Origin: Candidatus Poribacteria bacterium
GTDB lineage: Bacteria > Poribacteria > WGA-4E > PCPOR2b
Length of the DNA: 64,000 nucleotides
Assembly: GCA_965208325.1 (NCBI GenBank)
Contig: OZ242326.1
Coordinates: forward strand, 3,840,001 to 3,904,000
Direction of reading: 5' to 3'
Under the pieces are notes generated by a model. That model was not told where the DNA came from. It made no database searches and saw nothing but the letters and a program-made list of their open reading frames with translations. The position numbers were made by a program, and so were the translations under genes. Shown here piece after piece: positions 1 through 9,946 of the stretch (the first letter of the stretch is position 1; the number at the start of each line of letters is the position of its first letter).

Positions 1-1
1 G

Positions 2-970
2 TTCAATCGTCTGAAAACACTTTGCCGTTCAACCTACCGTCCTGAAGTTTTGAGCGAAATTGGGAGTTTTGGGGGGCTTTTCGCGCTCGCCGAATTTGAC
101 AAGCCAGTGCTTGTGTCTAGCACTGATAGTGTTGGCACAAAACTCAAAATCGCTTTTATGATGGATATGCACGATACGGTGGGGTACGATATTGTGGCGC
201 ACTGTGCCAACGATGTCCTCGTACAAGGCGCTGAGCCGCTCTTTTTTCTGGACTATATCGGCACCAGCACGCTCCGTCCTACAGTCGTTGAGCAAGTCGT
301 AAAGGGAATCGCAAAAGGTTGCCGAGAAACCGGTTGCGCGCTGATTGGCGGAGAGACGGCAGAGTTGCCGGATTTCTACGCTGACGGTGAATACGATCTC
401 GTCGGCACAATAGTGGGCGTCGTTGAGCGTTCCAAATTGATTACGGGTAGCGAGATTCAACCGGGCGATTGCTTAATCGGTTTGAAATCACTCGGATTGC
501 ACACCAATGGGTTTTCACTGGTTCGCCATATCCTGTTCAATGTTTGCGGGTATGACCTCGATCAATACATCCCCGACCTCGGCGTGGCACTCGGTGAAGA
601 ACTGCTCAAGCATCATAAAAGCTATGTGAAACCGGTTCTGAATCTGCGGAAGAAGTGGAATGTCAAAGGCATCGCGCACATTACCGGCGGCGGGTTATCC
701 GATAACATCTCACGTATACTACCAAAAAACTGTCGTGCTGAAATCCGCAAGGGATCGTGGGAAATCCCGCCAATCTTCTCCTTTCTCCAAGAATGCGGAA
801 AGGTTGAGGAAACTGAGATGTACCACGTTTTCAATATGGGCATCGGATTGGTGTTGGTAATTCCGCTCGAGCAAGTTGATGCGGCGCTCGACGCGCTCAA
901 GGATATGAGTGCGTCGCCGTTTCTTATCGGCAAAATCCTTCATGGAGAAAAGGAGGTACACATTGTCTGA
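2..970 (+). CDS. purM: Phosphoribosylformylglycinamidine cyclo-ligase (AIR synthase), 5' truncated by window edge
   Basis: Motifs GSFGGLF, STDSVGTK, GAEPLFFLDY, IGGETAE, GLHTNGFSL, AHITGGG, FNMGIG. Frame is open from position 2. Confidence 0.97.
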   Translation, partial: FNRLKTLCRSTYRPEVLSEIGSFGGLFALAEFDKPVLVSSTDSVGTKLKIAFMMDMHDTVGYDIVAHCANDVLVQGAEPLFFLDYIGTSTLRPTVVEQVVKGIAKGCRETGCALIGGETAELPDFYADGEYDLVGTIVGVVERSKLITGSEIQPGDCLIGLKSLGLHTNGFSLVRHILFNVCGYDLDQYIPDLGVALGEELLKHHKSYVKPVLNLRKKWNVKGIAHITGGGLSDNISRILPKNCRAEIRKGSWEIPPIFSFLQECGKVEETEMYHVFNMGIGLVLVIPLEQVDAALDALKDMSASPFLIGKILHGEKEVHIV

Positions 971-1697
971 AACACCTATCGAACAAACACTTGTCCAAGA
1001 ATTAACCGCCCTGCTTGAAAAGACAGACTTGCGGGTAATCCTGCGCGCAGTTGCTGATGAACCCGATCCGGATGTTGCCATTTTCTTGGTGACGCTTCAG
1101 CAAGCTTCTCCAACCCTCGCTAACCACGCCTCCCAAATCCTCATCCACCTTCGAGCTGATAAGCAGATTGCTGTCGCTGAGCAGATTACAACCACAGATA
1201 TTGTTGAGTCGGAACGCGTACGGGAAATCCACACGCGCTTGATTGAAAATATAGTAAGTGCGACGAATCAGACCACGGTTCTTGGGGACGGCAAATCTAA
1301 TCTGATTAAACTGCTAGGACGGATGAAGACAGACGATCAGAACCGCCTGCTGGATTCACTGGCCGCAAGGCAACCAGACATAGTCAACGACATTCATGAA
1401 CGGCTCTTCACATTTGCTGATCTCGCAACACTGAATGATTCGGCGATACAGACAATTTTGCAAGTGCTCGATCCCAGCACCATTGCGCTCGCACTCCACA
1501 ATGCTCCTGAAGAGGTGCGTCAAAGGTTCTTTGAGGGCATGTCCGATGAATTGACCGCCAATGTCGAAGACGAAACAAATCGGTTGACCTTTGAACAGAC
1601 GCAAATCGCCGACACTGCCCGGCAGTCTATCGTTACCCTCGTCCGAAATTTCGCATCCAAAGGTATGATCTCGACCGATCGAGAATCCGACGAGTAG
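963..1697 (+). CDS. FliG middle/C-terminal-domain-like protein
   Basis: 'ERLFTFADLATLNDSAIQTILQVLD..IALAL....EEVRQRFFEGMS' resembles the FliG C-domain. AGGAGG precedes a TTG at 963 that overlaps the end of purM. Confidence 0.7.
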   Translation: MSETPIEQTLVQELTALLEKTDLRVILRAVADEPDPDVAIFLVTLQQASPTLANHASQILIHLRADKQIAVAEQITTTDIVESERVREIHTRLIENIVSATNQTTVLGDGKSNLIKLLGRMKTDDQNRLLDSLAARQPDIVNDIHERLFTFADLATLNDSAIQTILQVLDPSTIALALHNAPEEVRQRFFEGMSDELTANVEDETNRLTFEQTQIADTARQSIVTLVRNFASKGMISTDRESDE

Positions 1698-1766
1698 TTC
1701 ACACCTGCAAATCCCTGATTCGTTCGGTTCTCCAAAAACTGCTGCTTACCGGGGCATCCATTTATA

Positions 1767-2732
1767 GTGAATGACCAGAAAATCCTTCCCGTTCGCATTG
1801 GCGTGTCTACCTGTCTGTTGGGTGAAAAAGTACGGTTCGATGGTGGACACAAGCGCGATGCATTTCTTGTAGATGTCTTTGGGCGTTATGTGGAATGGGT
1901 ACCGGTATGCCCCGAAGTGGAGATGGGGTTAGGAACGCCGCGCCAACCCATTCGACTAACCCAGCAAGAGAACGGCATCCAGATTTTAATATCCAAGAGC
2001 GGCGTTAACCACACCGAAGCCATGCGGAATTATGCTGCAAGACGGGTCGAAGAATTGGGGAAGGAGGACTTGTCCGGTTATGTGCTCAAAGCCAATTCCC
2101 CTAGCTGCGGCATGGAGCGGGTGCGGGTGTATCAGCCTTCAGGCATCGCTAACCGGACCGGTACAGGACTGTTTGCTGGCGTGCTAATGAAATCGTTCCC
2201 AAACCTACCCGTAGAAGAGGAGGGGCGGCTGCGGGACGCGCGTCTACGAGAAAATTTCATCAGCCGCGTTTTCGCTTATCAACGGTGGCAGCGCGTGACG
2301 GAAATCGGGTTCAACCGAACCGCATTAACACGATTCCACGAACGCCACAAATTTCTGTTGATGGCTCACAACCAGACCGGCACGCGGCGGTTAGGACGTT
2401 TGCTGGGAACGCCAAAGCAATTCTCCGACGACGGCGCACTCGCATCCGAATACCTTCAAGAATTCTCCAACGTCATGCGGCGTACACCAACCATCCGCAA
2501 CCACACAAACGTACTGCAGCACATGGCGGGATATTTCTCGAAGGAACTCACGTCTGATGACCGGCGAGAACTCGCCGACACAATCCTCCGATACAAACAG
2601 GAACTCCTGCCGCTGATTGTCCCGATAACGCTCATTCGCCACTATGTGCGGAAGCACAACGTCGCGTACCTCCAAAATCAGGTTTATCTCGACCCGCACC
2701 CGCACGAGTTAATGCTGCTAAACCGACTTTAA
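1767..2732 (+). CDS. DUF523 + DUF1722 protein (2-thiouracil desulfurase-like / YbgA family)
   Basis: GVSTCLLGEKVRFDGGHK, CPEVEMGLGTPR, SPSCG; C-terminal HTNVLQHMAGYF, PLIVPITL, YLQNQVYLDPHP. Confidence 0.92.
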   Translation: MNDQKILPVRIGVSTCLLGEKVRFDGGHKRDAFLVDVFGRYVEWVPVCPEVEMGLGTPRQPIRLTQQENGIQILISKSGVNHTEAMRNYAARRVEELGKEDLSGYVLKANSPSCGMERVRVYQPSGIANRTGTGLFAGVLMKSFPNLPVEEEGRLRDARLRENFISRVFAYQRWQRVTEIGFNRTALTRFHERHKFLLMAHNQTGTRRLGRLLGTPKQFSDDGALASEYLQEFSNVMRRTPTIRNHTNVLQHMAGYFSKELTSDDRRELADTILRYKQELLPLIVPITLIRHYVRKHNVAYLQNQVYLDPHPHELMLLNRL

Positions 2733-2942
2733 TAGGACTTGCGCTTTTCCGTTTGTTGCTGCGCAGTTCTTTGCGAGGCGTCTACTCGTTCACTTGCTTT
2801 TAGATCGCCGGCACACGATTTTATGTAGAATCGGGCAATAAAGCAATATACCATCGTAACCGCTATGGCGCCATTCACCCATGCTATAAATATTTGGGGT
2901 CAAAGGCGTAAACCATTTCATAAATACTTTTTGAGCAGACTA

Positions 2943-3178
2943 GGTTCTGTTGACATTTCATCACAACTGAACAATCATGGGGGCAGTGCACAGCCCCGAG
3001 ACGATTCGTAGGGTTGGGTTACCCAACCCTCTTTTCTCAATCATATCTGTATGATTAGGAGTTTCTCGCCAGCGGTTGATTTGTGGGCGGGGTGACCTAA
3101 TAAACACTATCGCCCTCGCTATTCACTCGGTTGATCCCCTACGGTTACGGAGGGATTTACACAAATGTCAACACGCCC
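2943..3178. mobile_element. IS5-like MITE copy 1 (non-autonomous)
   Basis: Ends GGTTCTGTTGACATTT ... AAATGTCAACACGCCC with TA on both sides, internal GTAG REP hairpin, no transposase. Same ends at 3744-3987 and 48221-48419. Confidence 0.7.
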
Positions 3179-3204
3179 TAATGAGAAAACAGGAGGATGG
3201 TATT

Positions 3205-3660
3205 GTGTACAAAACAAAAATGCCCGCTTTTTTTAGAATTTCAGCAGAAGGTATGGAATCCCTGATTAAAGGTTGTATATATTCCGTTTTGTGCATAACC
3301 ATGGTTGTGGTTGCGAGTTCTGGTTGTGTTCCGTCGCCTGCGCAACTGTCACAGACGGAAAAGAAATTGGAAGGCGCCCTCGATTTTGGGGCTGCGGGAA
3401 CTTTGCCAGCATGTTACCTGACTTTTAACGAACCCCATTTTGTCAATCGAATTGTAATAAATACGAAATACTCAGTCAAGGGCATCGGTGTCTATATCTC
3501 AACCGGAAAAGACTTGTGGTATCACGTCAAGCAGTTCAAGCGACCTATAATCGGTGCAACTAGTGTCAAAATTGGAAGGAAAACTGATATTATTCGGGTG
3601 ACAAGGAGTATACCGGCTGCACCCGTAGCGGTGCAGAGCATCGAAGCGTTCGGCAACTAA
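3205..3660 (+). CDS. Putative lipoprotein, hypothetical (start uncertain: 3205 GTG or 3253 ATG)
   Basis: AGGAGG before the GTG at 3205; hydrophobic stretch ending in lipobox-like ASSGC; beta-rich C-terminus. Confidence 0.55.
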   Translation: MYKTKMPAFFRISAEGMESLIKGCIYSVLCITMVVVASSGCVPSPAQLSQTEKKLEGALDFGAAGTLPACYLTFNEPHFVNRIVINTKYSVKGIGVYISTGKDLWYHVKQFKRPIIGATSVKIGRKTDIIRVTRSIPAAPVAVQSIEAFGN

Positions 3661-3743
3661 ATCGTCCAGCCGGCGCATTATAGTTGGAGGTGCCTCTCTA
3701 TTTTTGCCGATAGAGACAAAACATATTCGAATTTTTATGACTA

Positions 3744-3987
3744 GGTTCTGTTGACATTTCATCGCAACTGGACAATCAAGAACGGTGCACATACACATGA
3801 CGCTTCGTAGGGGTTGGGTTCCCCAACCCTTTTGTCAGAATCAGATACGATTTTGGACTGCTGTAGGTTGTTTGACCAAAATCGACTCAATCTGTATGGG
3901 TAGAAGTTCCCTGCCCGCGTTGGTCAATGGGCGAGGTAACCTCGCCCCTACGATTACAGGCCGTTTTACATAAATGTCAACACGCCC
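3744..3987. mobile_element. IS5-like MITE copy 2
   Basis: Same terminal IRs as copy 1, TA flanks, and an inverted pair of GTAG REP hairpins inside. Confidence 0.7.
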
Positions 3988-3994
3988 TAGTAAC

Positions 3995-5365
3995 TCAACC
4001 GCCGTTCAAGCGAGACCCACTCGTTACACACTCGATTGAGGAGTACACAACGTCGAGAAGCTGGTCCAGTTCGGATACGGATATTTGCAATGGGGGCATC
4101 AACACAATCGTATTGACGATTGGACGAAGCATCACGCCGCGCTTCAATGCCGCTTTGCAAACTTCAATGCCAACCTTTTCTTCAAGCGTGTACGGCTCCT
4201 TCGTCTCTCTGTCTCGCACCAACTCTACGCCGGCAGCCAACCCGCAAACGCGGACATCTCCGACATGGTCAAGACTGTAAAATTCCATGAGACGCCTCTG
4301 GAAGTGTGCAATAGTCGGCTGAATCTTATCAAGAAGCCCCTCTTTTTCAAAAATCTCTAAGTTCGCGGTCGCTGCCGCGCACCCCAACTGGTTACCCGTG
4401 AACGTGTGTCCGTGAAAGAACGTCTTGAGTTCTTTGTATTCTCCCAAAAAGGCATTGTAAATCTCATCGGAAGTGAGCGTCGCCGCCAAGGGGAGATATC
4501 CCCCCGACAACCCTTTCGCTGTACACAGAATATCTGGGACGGCATCTTCATGCTCGCACGCCCACATCCGCCCCGTGCGTCCAATTCCGGTCATCACTTC
4601 ATCCAAAATGAGAAGTGTGTTGGATCTCCTCGCTAGCGTTTCCACTCCCTTCAAGAAACCTTCAGGGGCGGTAATCATGCCGCCTGCGCCTTGAATCAAC
4701 GGCTCAATAATTATCCCGGCAACCTGCCGATTAAACTCCTGTAAGGTTTTCTCCAGTTCACGCAGGCAATAGTCTCTGACAGCTTCAGGCTGGTTTCCGG
4801 CGGGGGAACGGTAGACATAAGGCGCCGGAACGTGAACGGTTTCGAAAAGAAGGCCGTCAAACGTGCGGTGGAATACCTCAATACAGCTAACACTCATAGC
4901 GCCTACGGTGTCGCCATGGTAAGCGCTATCCAAATTCACGAAAATCTTGCGTTCAGGCTCACCCTTGTGCTGCCAGTATTGGTACGCAATCTTTAAGGCA
5001 ATCTCTACCGACGTCGCGCCGTTGTCCGAATAAAAGACCTTGTCTAATCCTTGCGGCGTAATCTCAACAAGTTTCTTCGCCAATTTAATGGCCGGGACGT
5101 TGGAATACCCTAACAACGTCGAGTGTGCAATCTTGTCAATTTGCGCCTTGGTGGCATCGTTAATCTCTTGCCGGTTGTGGCCGTGGACGTTTGTCCACAT
5201 CGAAGCCACCCCGTCTATGTAGCGGTTGCCCGCCGTGTCAATTAAATAGACCCCCTCTCCCCGTTCAATAATAACCGGCTCTTCCGCGAGCCAATCTTGC
5301 ATTTGCGTGAATGGGTGCCAAAGATAGCGCCTGTCCCAATCTATCAGTGTCTGCTTGTCCAACAT
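3995..5365 (-). CDS. bioA: Adenosylmethionine-8-amino-7-oxononanoate aminotransferase
   Basis: LWHPFTQM, DGVASMWTNVHGH, YHGDTVGAMS, IIIEPLIQGAGGM, DEVMTGIGRTG, AKGLSGGYLP, FFHGHTFTGN. Confidence 0.95.
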   Translation of the reverse strand: MLDKQTLIDWDRRYLWHPFTQMQDWLAEEPVIIERGEGVYLIDTAGNRYIDGVASMWTNVHGHNRQEINDATKAQIDKIAHSTLLGYSNVPAIKLAKKLVEITPQGLDKVFYSDNGATSVEIALKIAYQYWQHKGEPERKIFVNLDSAYHGDTVGAMSVSCIEVFHRTFDGLLFETVHVPAPYVYRSPAGNQPEAVRDYCLRELEKTLQEFNRQVAGIIIEPLIQGAGGMITAPEGFLKGVETLARRSNTLLILDEVMTGIGRTGRMWACEHEDAVPDILCTAKGLSGGYLPLAATLTSDEIYNAFLGEYKELKTFFHGHTFTGNQLGCAAATANLEIFEKEGLLDKIQPTIAHFQRRLMEFYSLDHVGDVRVCGLAAGVELVRDRETKEPYTLEEKVGIEVCKAALKRGVMLRPIVNTIVLMPPLQISVSELDQLLDVVYSSIECVTSGSRLNGG

Positions 5366-5405
5366 CACAATTTGAGTTACGGCTGAATGCCAACCGCCCA
5401 AAATA

Positions 5406-5445
5406 AAAATGCGGAATCTAGGGCACGCCCCGGATTCCGCATTTT
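5406..5445. terminator. Bidirectional intrinsic terminator
   Basis: AAAATGCGGAATC-loop-GATTCCGCATTTT hairpin with A/T tails, just after the stop of 5465-6706. Confidence 0.75.
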
Positions 5446-5464
5446 GGTTAAACTTGGTTACGAA

Positions 5465-6706
5465 CTACCCCTTTAATTTTGCATAGTGAACTTCATGCTC
5501 AGTCGGCAAATCTTCAACTTTGCCTGACTTCGGAACAATTATTTCAAGCAGCTTGTCGCGATACGTATACCGGAAGTTTTCAGGGTTCCCCTCAATATGG
5601 AACGTGTTCGTGAACCCGTTGGGGAATGAACTTGCCCGTCCGAGCACATCGCTGAATCGAGGATCCTCTAGCTTCGACTCAACAGTCAAAATATTCCCGT
5701 CCAGATGAACCTGATACGCATAGTCAGGCATCAAATCTGGCAGGTTGTGCTCCTTCTTGTATTCACTATCAGGCACCCACCGCGGGAACTCAACTTCGAT
5801 AATATAGCGGTCTGCTGTGGTTTTGAATCGGTGCATCATGCCGTAACGGCGGTAGCGTTCTCGCGTGTCCTCGGCGTAAATGTGACCATCCGCAAGAACC
5901 GCCCCAGGTAGGCTTGAGCGCGGTGCGTCTGGCTCAACGGCAATCACCGGGCGCAGCCATGATAGCAGCGGAGTCGCAATAAACGATGGCAGCCAACCGT
6001 ACCACGCGGCGCCGTAACGCGGCTCCTCTTCGCTTTCAGTCGCAACTAGTACATCCTTGAATCGAAACATGCCTTCACCAATTGCGAGAGCCACGCCAAG
6101 CAATATGAACAAGTTTCCTCGGCTTGTAAATAGGTCAACACCCCAAACCGCCGCGCCAATCATGAAAAACGCAAGCGGGTAAACCGCCAAGTTAATCAAA
6201 CTGTTAATTCCCGTCGAAACCGACGCGCTGAACACCTTTGCGTCTGACGCCAATTCCTCTAGGTCGCTCTTGAATCTCGCCGATAACGCTCCCAACCATG
6301 GTTGCGAAAACATCACGTGCATGCGGAAAAAACCGCGAATCGAAGATTTTGGCGCTTCGAGCATTTGGACAAATTCTTCGACTTCGGAAGCCCTAAACGC
6401 TTCATCTTCTTCCCCTTGCGCAGTTCCGCCTTGTCCAGTCCCTTCACCCGCACCCGGTTTAACAAATGTCTCAAAAAACTTGCTGTTTATTTCATTGTAC
6501 GAAGTCCACTCTTCCGGCACGTCATCAATCATAAAAATCGCATCAACAGGGCATGCGGGCTCACATGCGGCGCAGTCAATACACTCTGCAGGATTAATAT
6601 AAAGTTGTTTTTCCCCTTCAGTTGTATGAATACAGTCCACAGGACACACGTCAACACATGCAGTGTCCATCACATCCACACACGGTTCACAGATTACATA
6701 CGCCAT
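5465..6706 (-). CDS. Ferredoxin (FdxA/7Fe type) fused to membrane segments and a C-terminal Hsp20/alpha-crystallin-like domain
   Basis: N-terminal CEPC..D.ACVDVCPVDCI...CIDCAACEPACPVDAI; two to three hydrophobic segments; C-terminal 'YTYRDKLLEIIVPK' is like Hsp20 ends. Confidence 0.75.
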   Translation of the reverse strand: MAYVICEPCVDVMDTACVDVCPVDCIHTTEGEKQLYINPAECIDCAACEPACPVDAIFMIDDVPEEWTSYNEINSKFFETFVKPGAGEGTGQGGTAQGEEDEAFRASEVEEFVQMLEAPKSSIRGFFRMHVMFSQPWLGALSARFKSDLEELASDAKVFSASVSTGINSLINLAVYPLAFFMIGAAVWGVDLFTSRGNLFILLGVALAIGEGMFRFKDVLVATESEEEPRYGAAWYGWLPSFIATPLLSWLRPVIAVEPDAPRSSLPGAVLADGHIYAEDTRERYRRYGMMHRFKTTADRYIIEVEFPRWVPDSEYKKEHNLPDLMPDYAYQVHLDGNILTVESKLEDPRFSDVLGRASSFPNGFTNTFHIEGNPENFRYTYRDKLLEIIVPKSGKVEDLPTEHEVHYAKLKG

Positions 6707-6754
6707 TTTCCGTCTCTCCTAAAACGAAACCGATTCCTTCGAAATCTCACCAAA

Positions 6755-6783
6755 ATTATATCACAGTCCAATTCACCTGACAA
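6755..6783 (-). promoter_or_regulatory. Sigma70-type promoter for the ferredoxin fusion gene
   Basis: Minus strand TTGTCA-N17-TATAAT, about 50 bp upstream of the ATG. Confidence 0.6.
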
Positions 6784-6815
6784 GAATATTTGAACCCGTG
6801 TGCGCTCCGATGACA

Positions 6816-8471
6816 TTACGACAATCCAACTTTTAATTCGGCATTCAAGTCCAAAATGTGTTGCCTATAGGCGTTTACTTCGGCGGAAACCTTGGCCTTG
6901 TCCCAATGTCCGCGCTCAACGAGAAACTGTGCGATTTTCGGCGCAGTATCAACGCCCTGTCCATCCGTCAAACCGATGCGCATCCGGCGCCAGAGTAGGT
7001 CGTCGAGAGTCATCGCCATTTCGCCCCAAAAGGCATAGAGCACTTCCGCTTTCAAGAATGCTGACGCTTCCGGCATCGGTTCCGCGAGCGATGGATCCCG
7101 GTCTATAAACGTCAAGATAGCGCCCGCTCCCGCGCCGTAGCGTTGGACAATCCGTTCCCAATCGGCATCCGCCAGCACGTCGTTCTTTCGAGTCATCCCC
7201 TCGGCATTTAGCAACGGATTCGTGCCGGTCTTGCAGTGACGTGGACGCTGAAGTTCTTCCGCGATGTAGTTGACGGCTTCCTCGGCAATCTGTCGGTGCG
7301 TGGTTAATTTTCCACCGTAGATATACATCACCCCGCTGTCACTCTCGGCAATCAAGTGTTCTCGTGAAACAAAACCGCCGTTTTTGGAGGCGATTAAAGG
7401 GCGCACACCAGCGTATGCCGAAACAACGTCCCGCCGGTTTGCCGCCGCCGTTGGAAAAATCCGCGCCGTTTCTGCTAAGAGATAGTCCACCTCGTCACTA
7501 GACGGGCGCACCGCGTCAAGATCTTCTCCAGGATCGGATTCAGTGGTGCCGACCGCGGACAATTCCGCATCGTATGAAAGTGTAAACACAATGCGGGGTT
7601 TCTCATTCTTTCGCTTTTCCGACCGTGTAAACGCGGCGATACCGTAGCGGTTCGGGTTCAATCGGGGCAATAGAATGTGAATCCCTTTCGCCTTCCGGGT
7701 TGTCAACCTCGGCACACCGTTATAGGCAGAGTCCTTTTCCCATAACCGGTCCGTCCATGGCCCCGTCGCCGACACAACTTTCCGAGCGGCAATCTCAAAC
7801 TGTTCCCCGGATATTGCATCCTCAACTCGTACTGTATACCCGCTGCTAGAACTATTGTACTGAGCATCGGATTCGAGAAAGCGTACGTAGTTGGTGATAA
7901 CCGCACCGTGCTGATGTGCATCCTTGAGTGTCAGCAGGGTCAACCGCGCATCATCGACCATGCTATCCCAAACGACGACGCACCCTTTCAACGAATTCGT
8001 CTCAATAGGTCCGACCAAACGCTGAATCTGCGCCGCATCACGGTAGGAACATGCCCGCTCAGCGTCATCAGTTTTAGAGAGATGATTGTAATACCGCGCC
8101 GCAATCTGCATACCGGAGAGCGGATACGGATCGCCCTTATAATTGAGTATGGCAATGGGTAACGGCTTGACTAGGTTCGGCGCGATACGCAACAGTGTCT
8201 CTCGTTCACGCCGCGCTTCCTTTATCAGCGAAAAGTCGCGCTTGATAAGGTATCGAAAACCGCCGTGGATCAGTTGGGATGTCGCGCTGCTTGTACCGTT
8301 CGAAAAGTCGCCCTTTTCAATGAGCGCAGCCTTGAAATGCCCGTTTAAGGCGAGGTCGCGTATTAAGCCCGCCCCCACGATGCCGCCGCCGATGACCAAG
8401 ACATCAAACGGCTCGCTTGTTAAGCGTTTGATATTGTGAGCCCGAGTTCGCGCTGAAAATTCGGTCGACAT
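6816..8471 (-). CDS. glpD: FAD-dependent glycerol-3-phosphate dehydrogenase/oxidase
   Basis: DVLVIGGGIVGAG, GTSSATSQLIHGGFRYL, VDDARL, ATGPWTD, AYAGVRPL, GGKLTT, EMAMTLDDLL.RR. Confidence 0.88.
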   Translation of the reverse strand: MSTEFSARTRAHNIKRLTSEPFDVLVIGGGIVGAGLIRDLALNGHFKAALIEKGDFSNGTSSATSQLIHGGFRYLIKRDFSLIKEARRERETLLRIAPNLVKPLPIAILNYKGDPYPLSGMQIAARYYNHLSKTDDAERACSYRDAAQIQRLVGPIETNSLKGCVVVWDSMVDDARLTLLTLKDAHQHGAVITNYVRFLESDAQYNSSSSGYTVRVEDAISGEQFEIAARKVVSATGPWTDRLWEKDSAYNGVPRLTTRKAKGIHILLPRLNPNRYGIAAFTRSEKRKNEKPRIVFTLSYDAELSAVGTTESDPGEDLDAVRPSSDEVDYLLAETARIFPTAAANRRDVVSAYAGVRPLIASKNGGFVSREHLIAESDSGVMYIYGGKLTTHRQIAEEAVNYIAEELQRPRHCKTGTNPLLNAEGMTRKNDVLADADWERIVQRYGAGAGAILTFIDRDPSLAEPMPEASAFLKAEVLYAFWGEMAMTLDDLLWRRMRIGLTDGQGVDTAPKIAQFLVERGHWDKAKVSAEVNAYRQHILDLNAELKVGLS

Positions 8472-8472
8472 G

Positions 8473-9855
8473 TCAAGCCGTATATTGTTTCGCGAGCATT
8501 TCGGCATGAAGCGCAACTTTGCGGATGGCGGCGAGCACGCCCGCCGCTGCGTCAGGGATCGGATCTGCTAAAACCGGCAGAAACACCAACCGTGAGCAGG
8601 CTTTTTCACTGACGGGCAAATCGCCCGCAGCCGTGCCGCGGTAGTCGCCGCCCATTTCCGGCGTGCACAAACTACCTCGTCCCTCGGTGTAAATATCTAG
8701 CCCTTCCGTAAACAGCGGTAGGTTGTGGAGAAGCGGATACGGGTTGTCGTTGGTTGGCAAACTGCCCGAGAAGATTGGCACCCCGTCGCCGACTAAAAGC
8801 GGGTACGGATTATTGTTCGCAAGAACCCCCTCTTTTCGGAGCGCATCTGCAAAGGCGGGCGCCGGAAATCCGCAGAGTTCAGCCTGATCGTAATGGACCG
8901 GGAAACCAAAGAAACCCGCCGGTTCTGTTCCCGCATACCTCTCAACAGGATTTACCCCCGCAATTGATTCCAAACCGTCTGATACCTCTTGAATGTATGC
9001 GCGGCGCTTCGCGTTCAGCGCATCCAGTTTCTCCATCTGTACCGATGCGATGCCGATAGCAAGCGGGTGCGCGCGGTATTTGACGCCAAGCCCCATCGGG
9101 GGGAGATGCTTGTATGTGGAACTACCCCCTTCAATTTTAACCGAACGGTTCACCTGGCCAAGTAAACAGGCGCGCTCAAACACCGCGGGGTCGTTGGTTG
9201 CCAGTACGCCGCCTTCGCCGGCGCTCACCGGTTTGCTGCCTTGTAGACTCCAGGCGCCCGCGTGTCCGATACTTCCGCACGGCTTGCCTTTGTAACTTGC
9301 GCCGTGTGCGTGAGAGCAATCCTCTATCACCGGCACCCCAGTCTCCTCACTCAACGCCATCAGCGCATCCATATCGCACACGTTTCCCCACAGATGCACC
9401 GCCACAATCGCTTTCGTTCGGTCAGTGATGCGCCGCCGCACATCTGCCGCGTCAATTAGCAAAGTTCGCGGGTCAATCTCGCAAAAGACCGGTTTCGCCA
9501 TCAGCATCAACGCCGGCGTAATCGAACAGATCCACGTATAAGTCGGGCAGATGACTTCATCGCCGGGACCAACCCCGAGGCCGAACATGGCGCTGTGAAT
9601 CGCCGCGGTTCCGTTGATAAGGCTTATCGCAAATTCGGTGTGATGCCGTTCACGCCACATCTCTTCAAACTCCTGAACCACTGGGGACGCGCCGGAAAGC
9701 TCGTTCCGCAGCGTCATCTCATAGGCAATCTGCGCTTCTGCGTCCGTGATTTGCCGCCACTGCTCAAGTTTTGGATAAGCCGAGTCTGAGTCGGATTCAA
9801 AAACCGGCGTTCCGCCCAGAGCGGCAGGCAAGTTTTTCAAATCGGAATTTGGCAT
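8473..9855 (-). CDS. DegT/DnrJ/EryC1/StrS PLP-dependent aminotransferase
   Basis: NGTAAIH, GPGDEVICP, VHLWG, IEDCSHAHG, SLQGSKPVSAGEGG. Confidence 0.92.
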   Translation of the reverse strand: MPNSDLKNLPAALGGTPVFESDSDSAYPKLEQWRQITDAEAQIAYEMTLRNELSGASPVVQEFEEMWRERHHTEFAISLINGTAAIHSAMFGLGVGPGDEVICPTYTWICSITPALMLMAKPVFCEIDPRTLLIDAADVRRRITDRTKAIVAVHLWGNVCDMDALMALSEETGVPVIEDCSHAHGASYKGKPCGSIGHAGAWSLQGSKPVSAGEGGVLATNDPAVFERACLLGQVNRSVKIEGGSSTYKHLPPMGLGVKYRAHPLAIGIASVQMEKLDALNAKRRAYIQEVSDGLESIAGVNPVERYAGTEPAGFFGFPVHYDQAELCGFPAPAFADALRKEGVLANNNPYPLLVGDGVPIFSGSLPTNDNPYPLLHNLPLFTEGLDIYTEGRGSLCTPEMGGDYRGTAAGDLPVSEKACSRLVFLPVLADPIPDAAAGVLAAIRKVALHAEMLAKQYTA

Positions 9856-9946
9856 GAGATGTAGATTAACCCCTCGTTAATTTCAATCTGTGTCGAACCC
9901 CAAATGCGAATTGGCAGTTCACCTTAATAGTTAATTCCATTGTATT

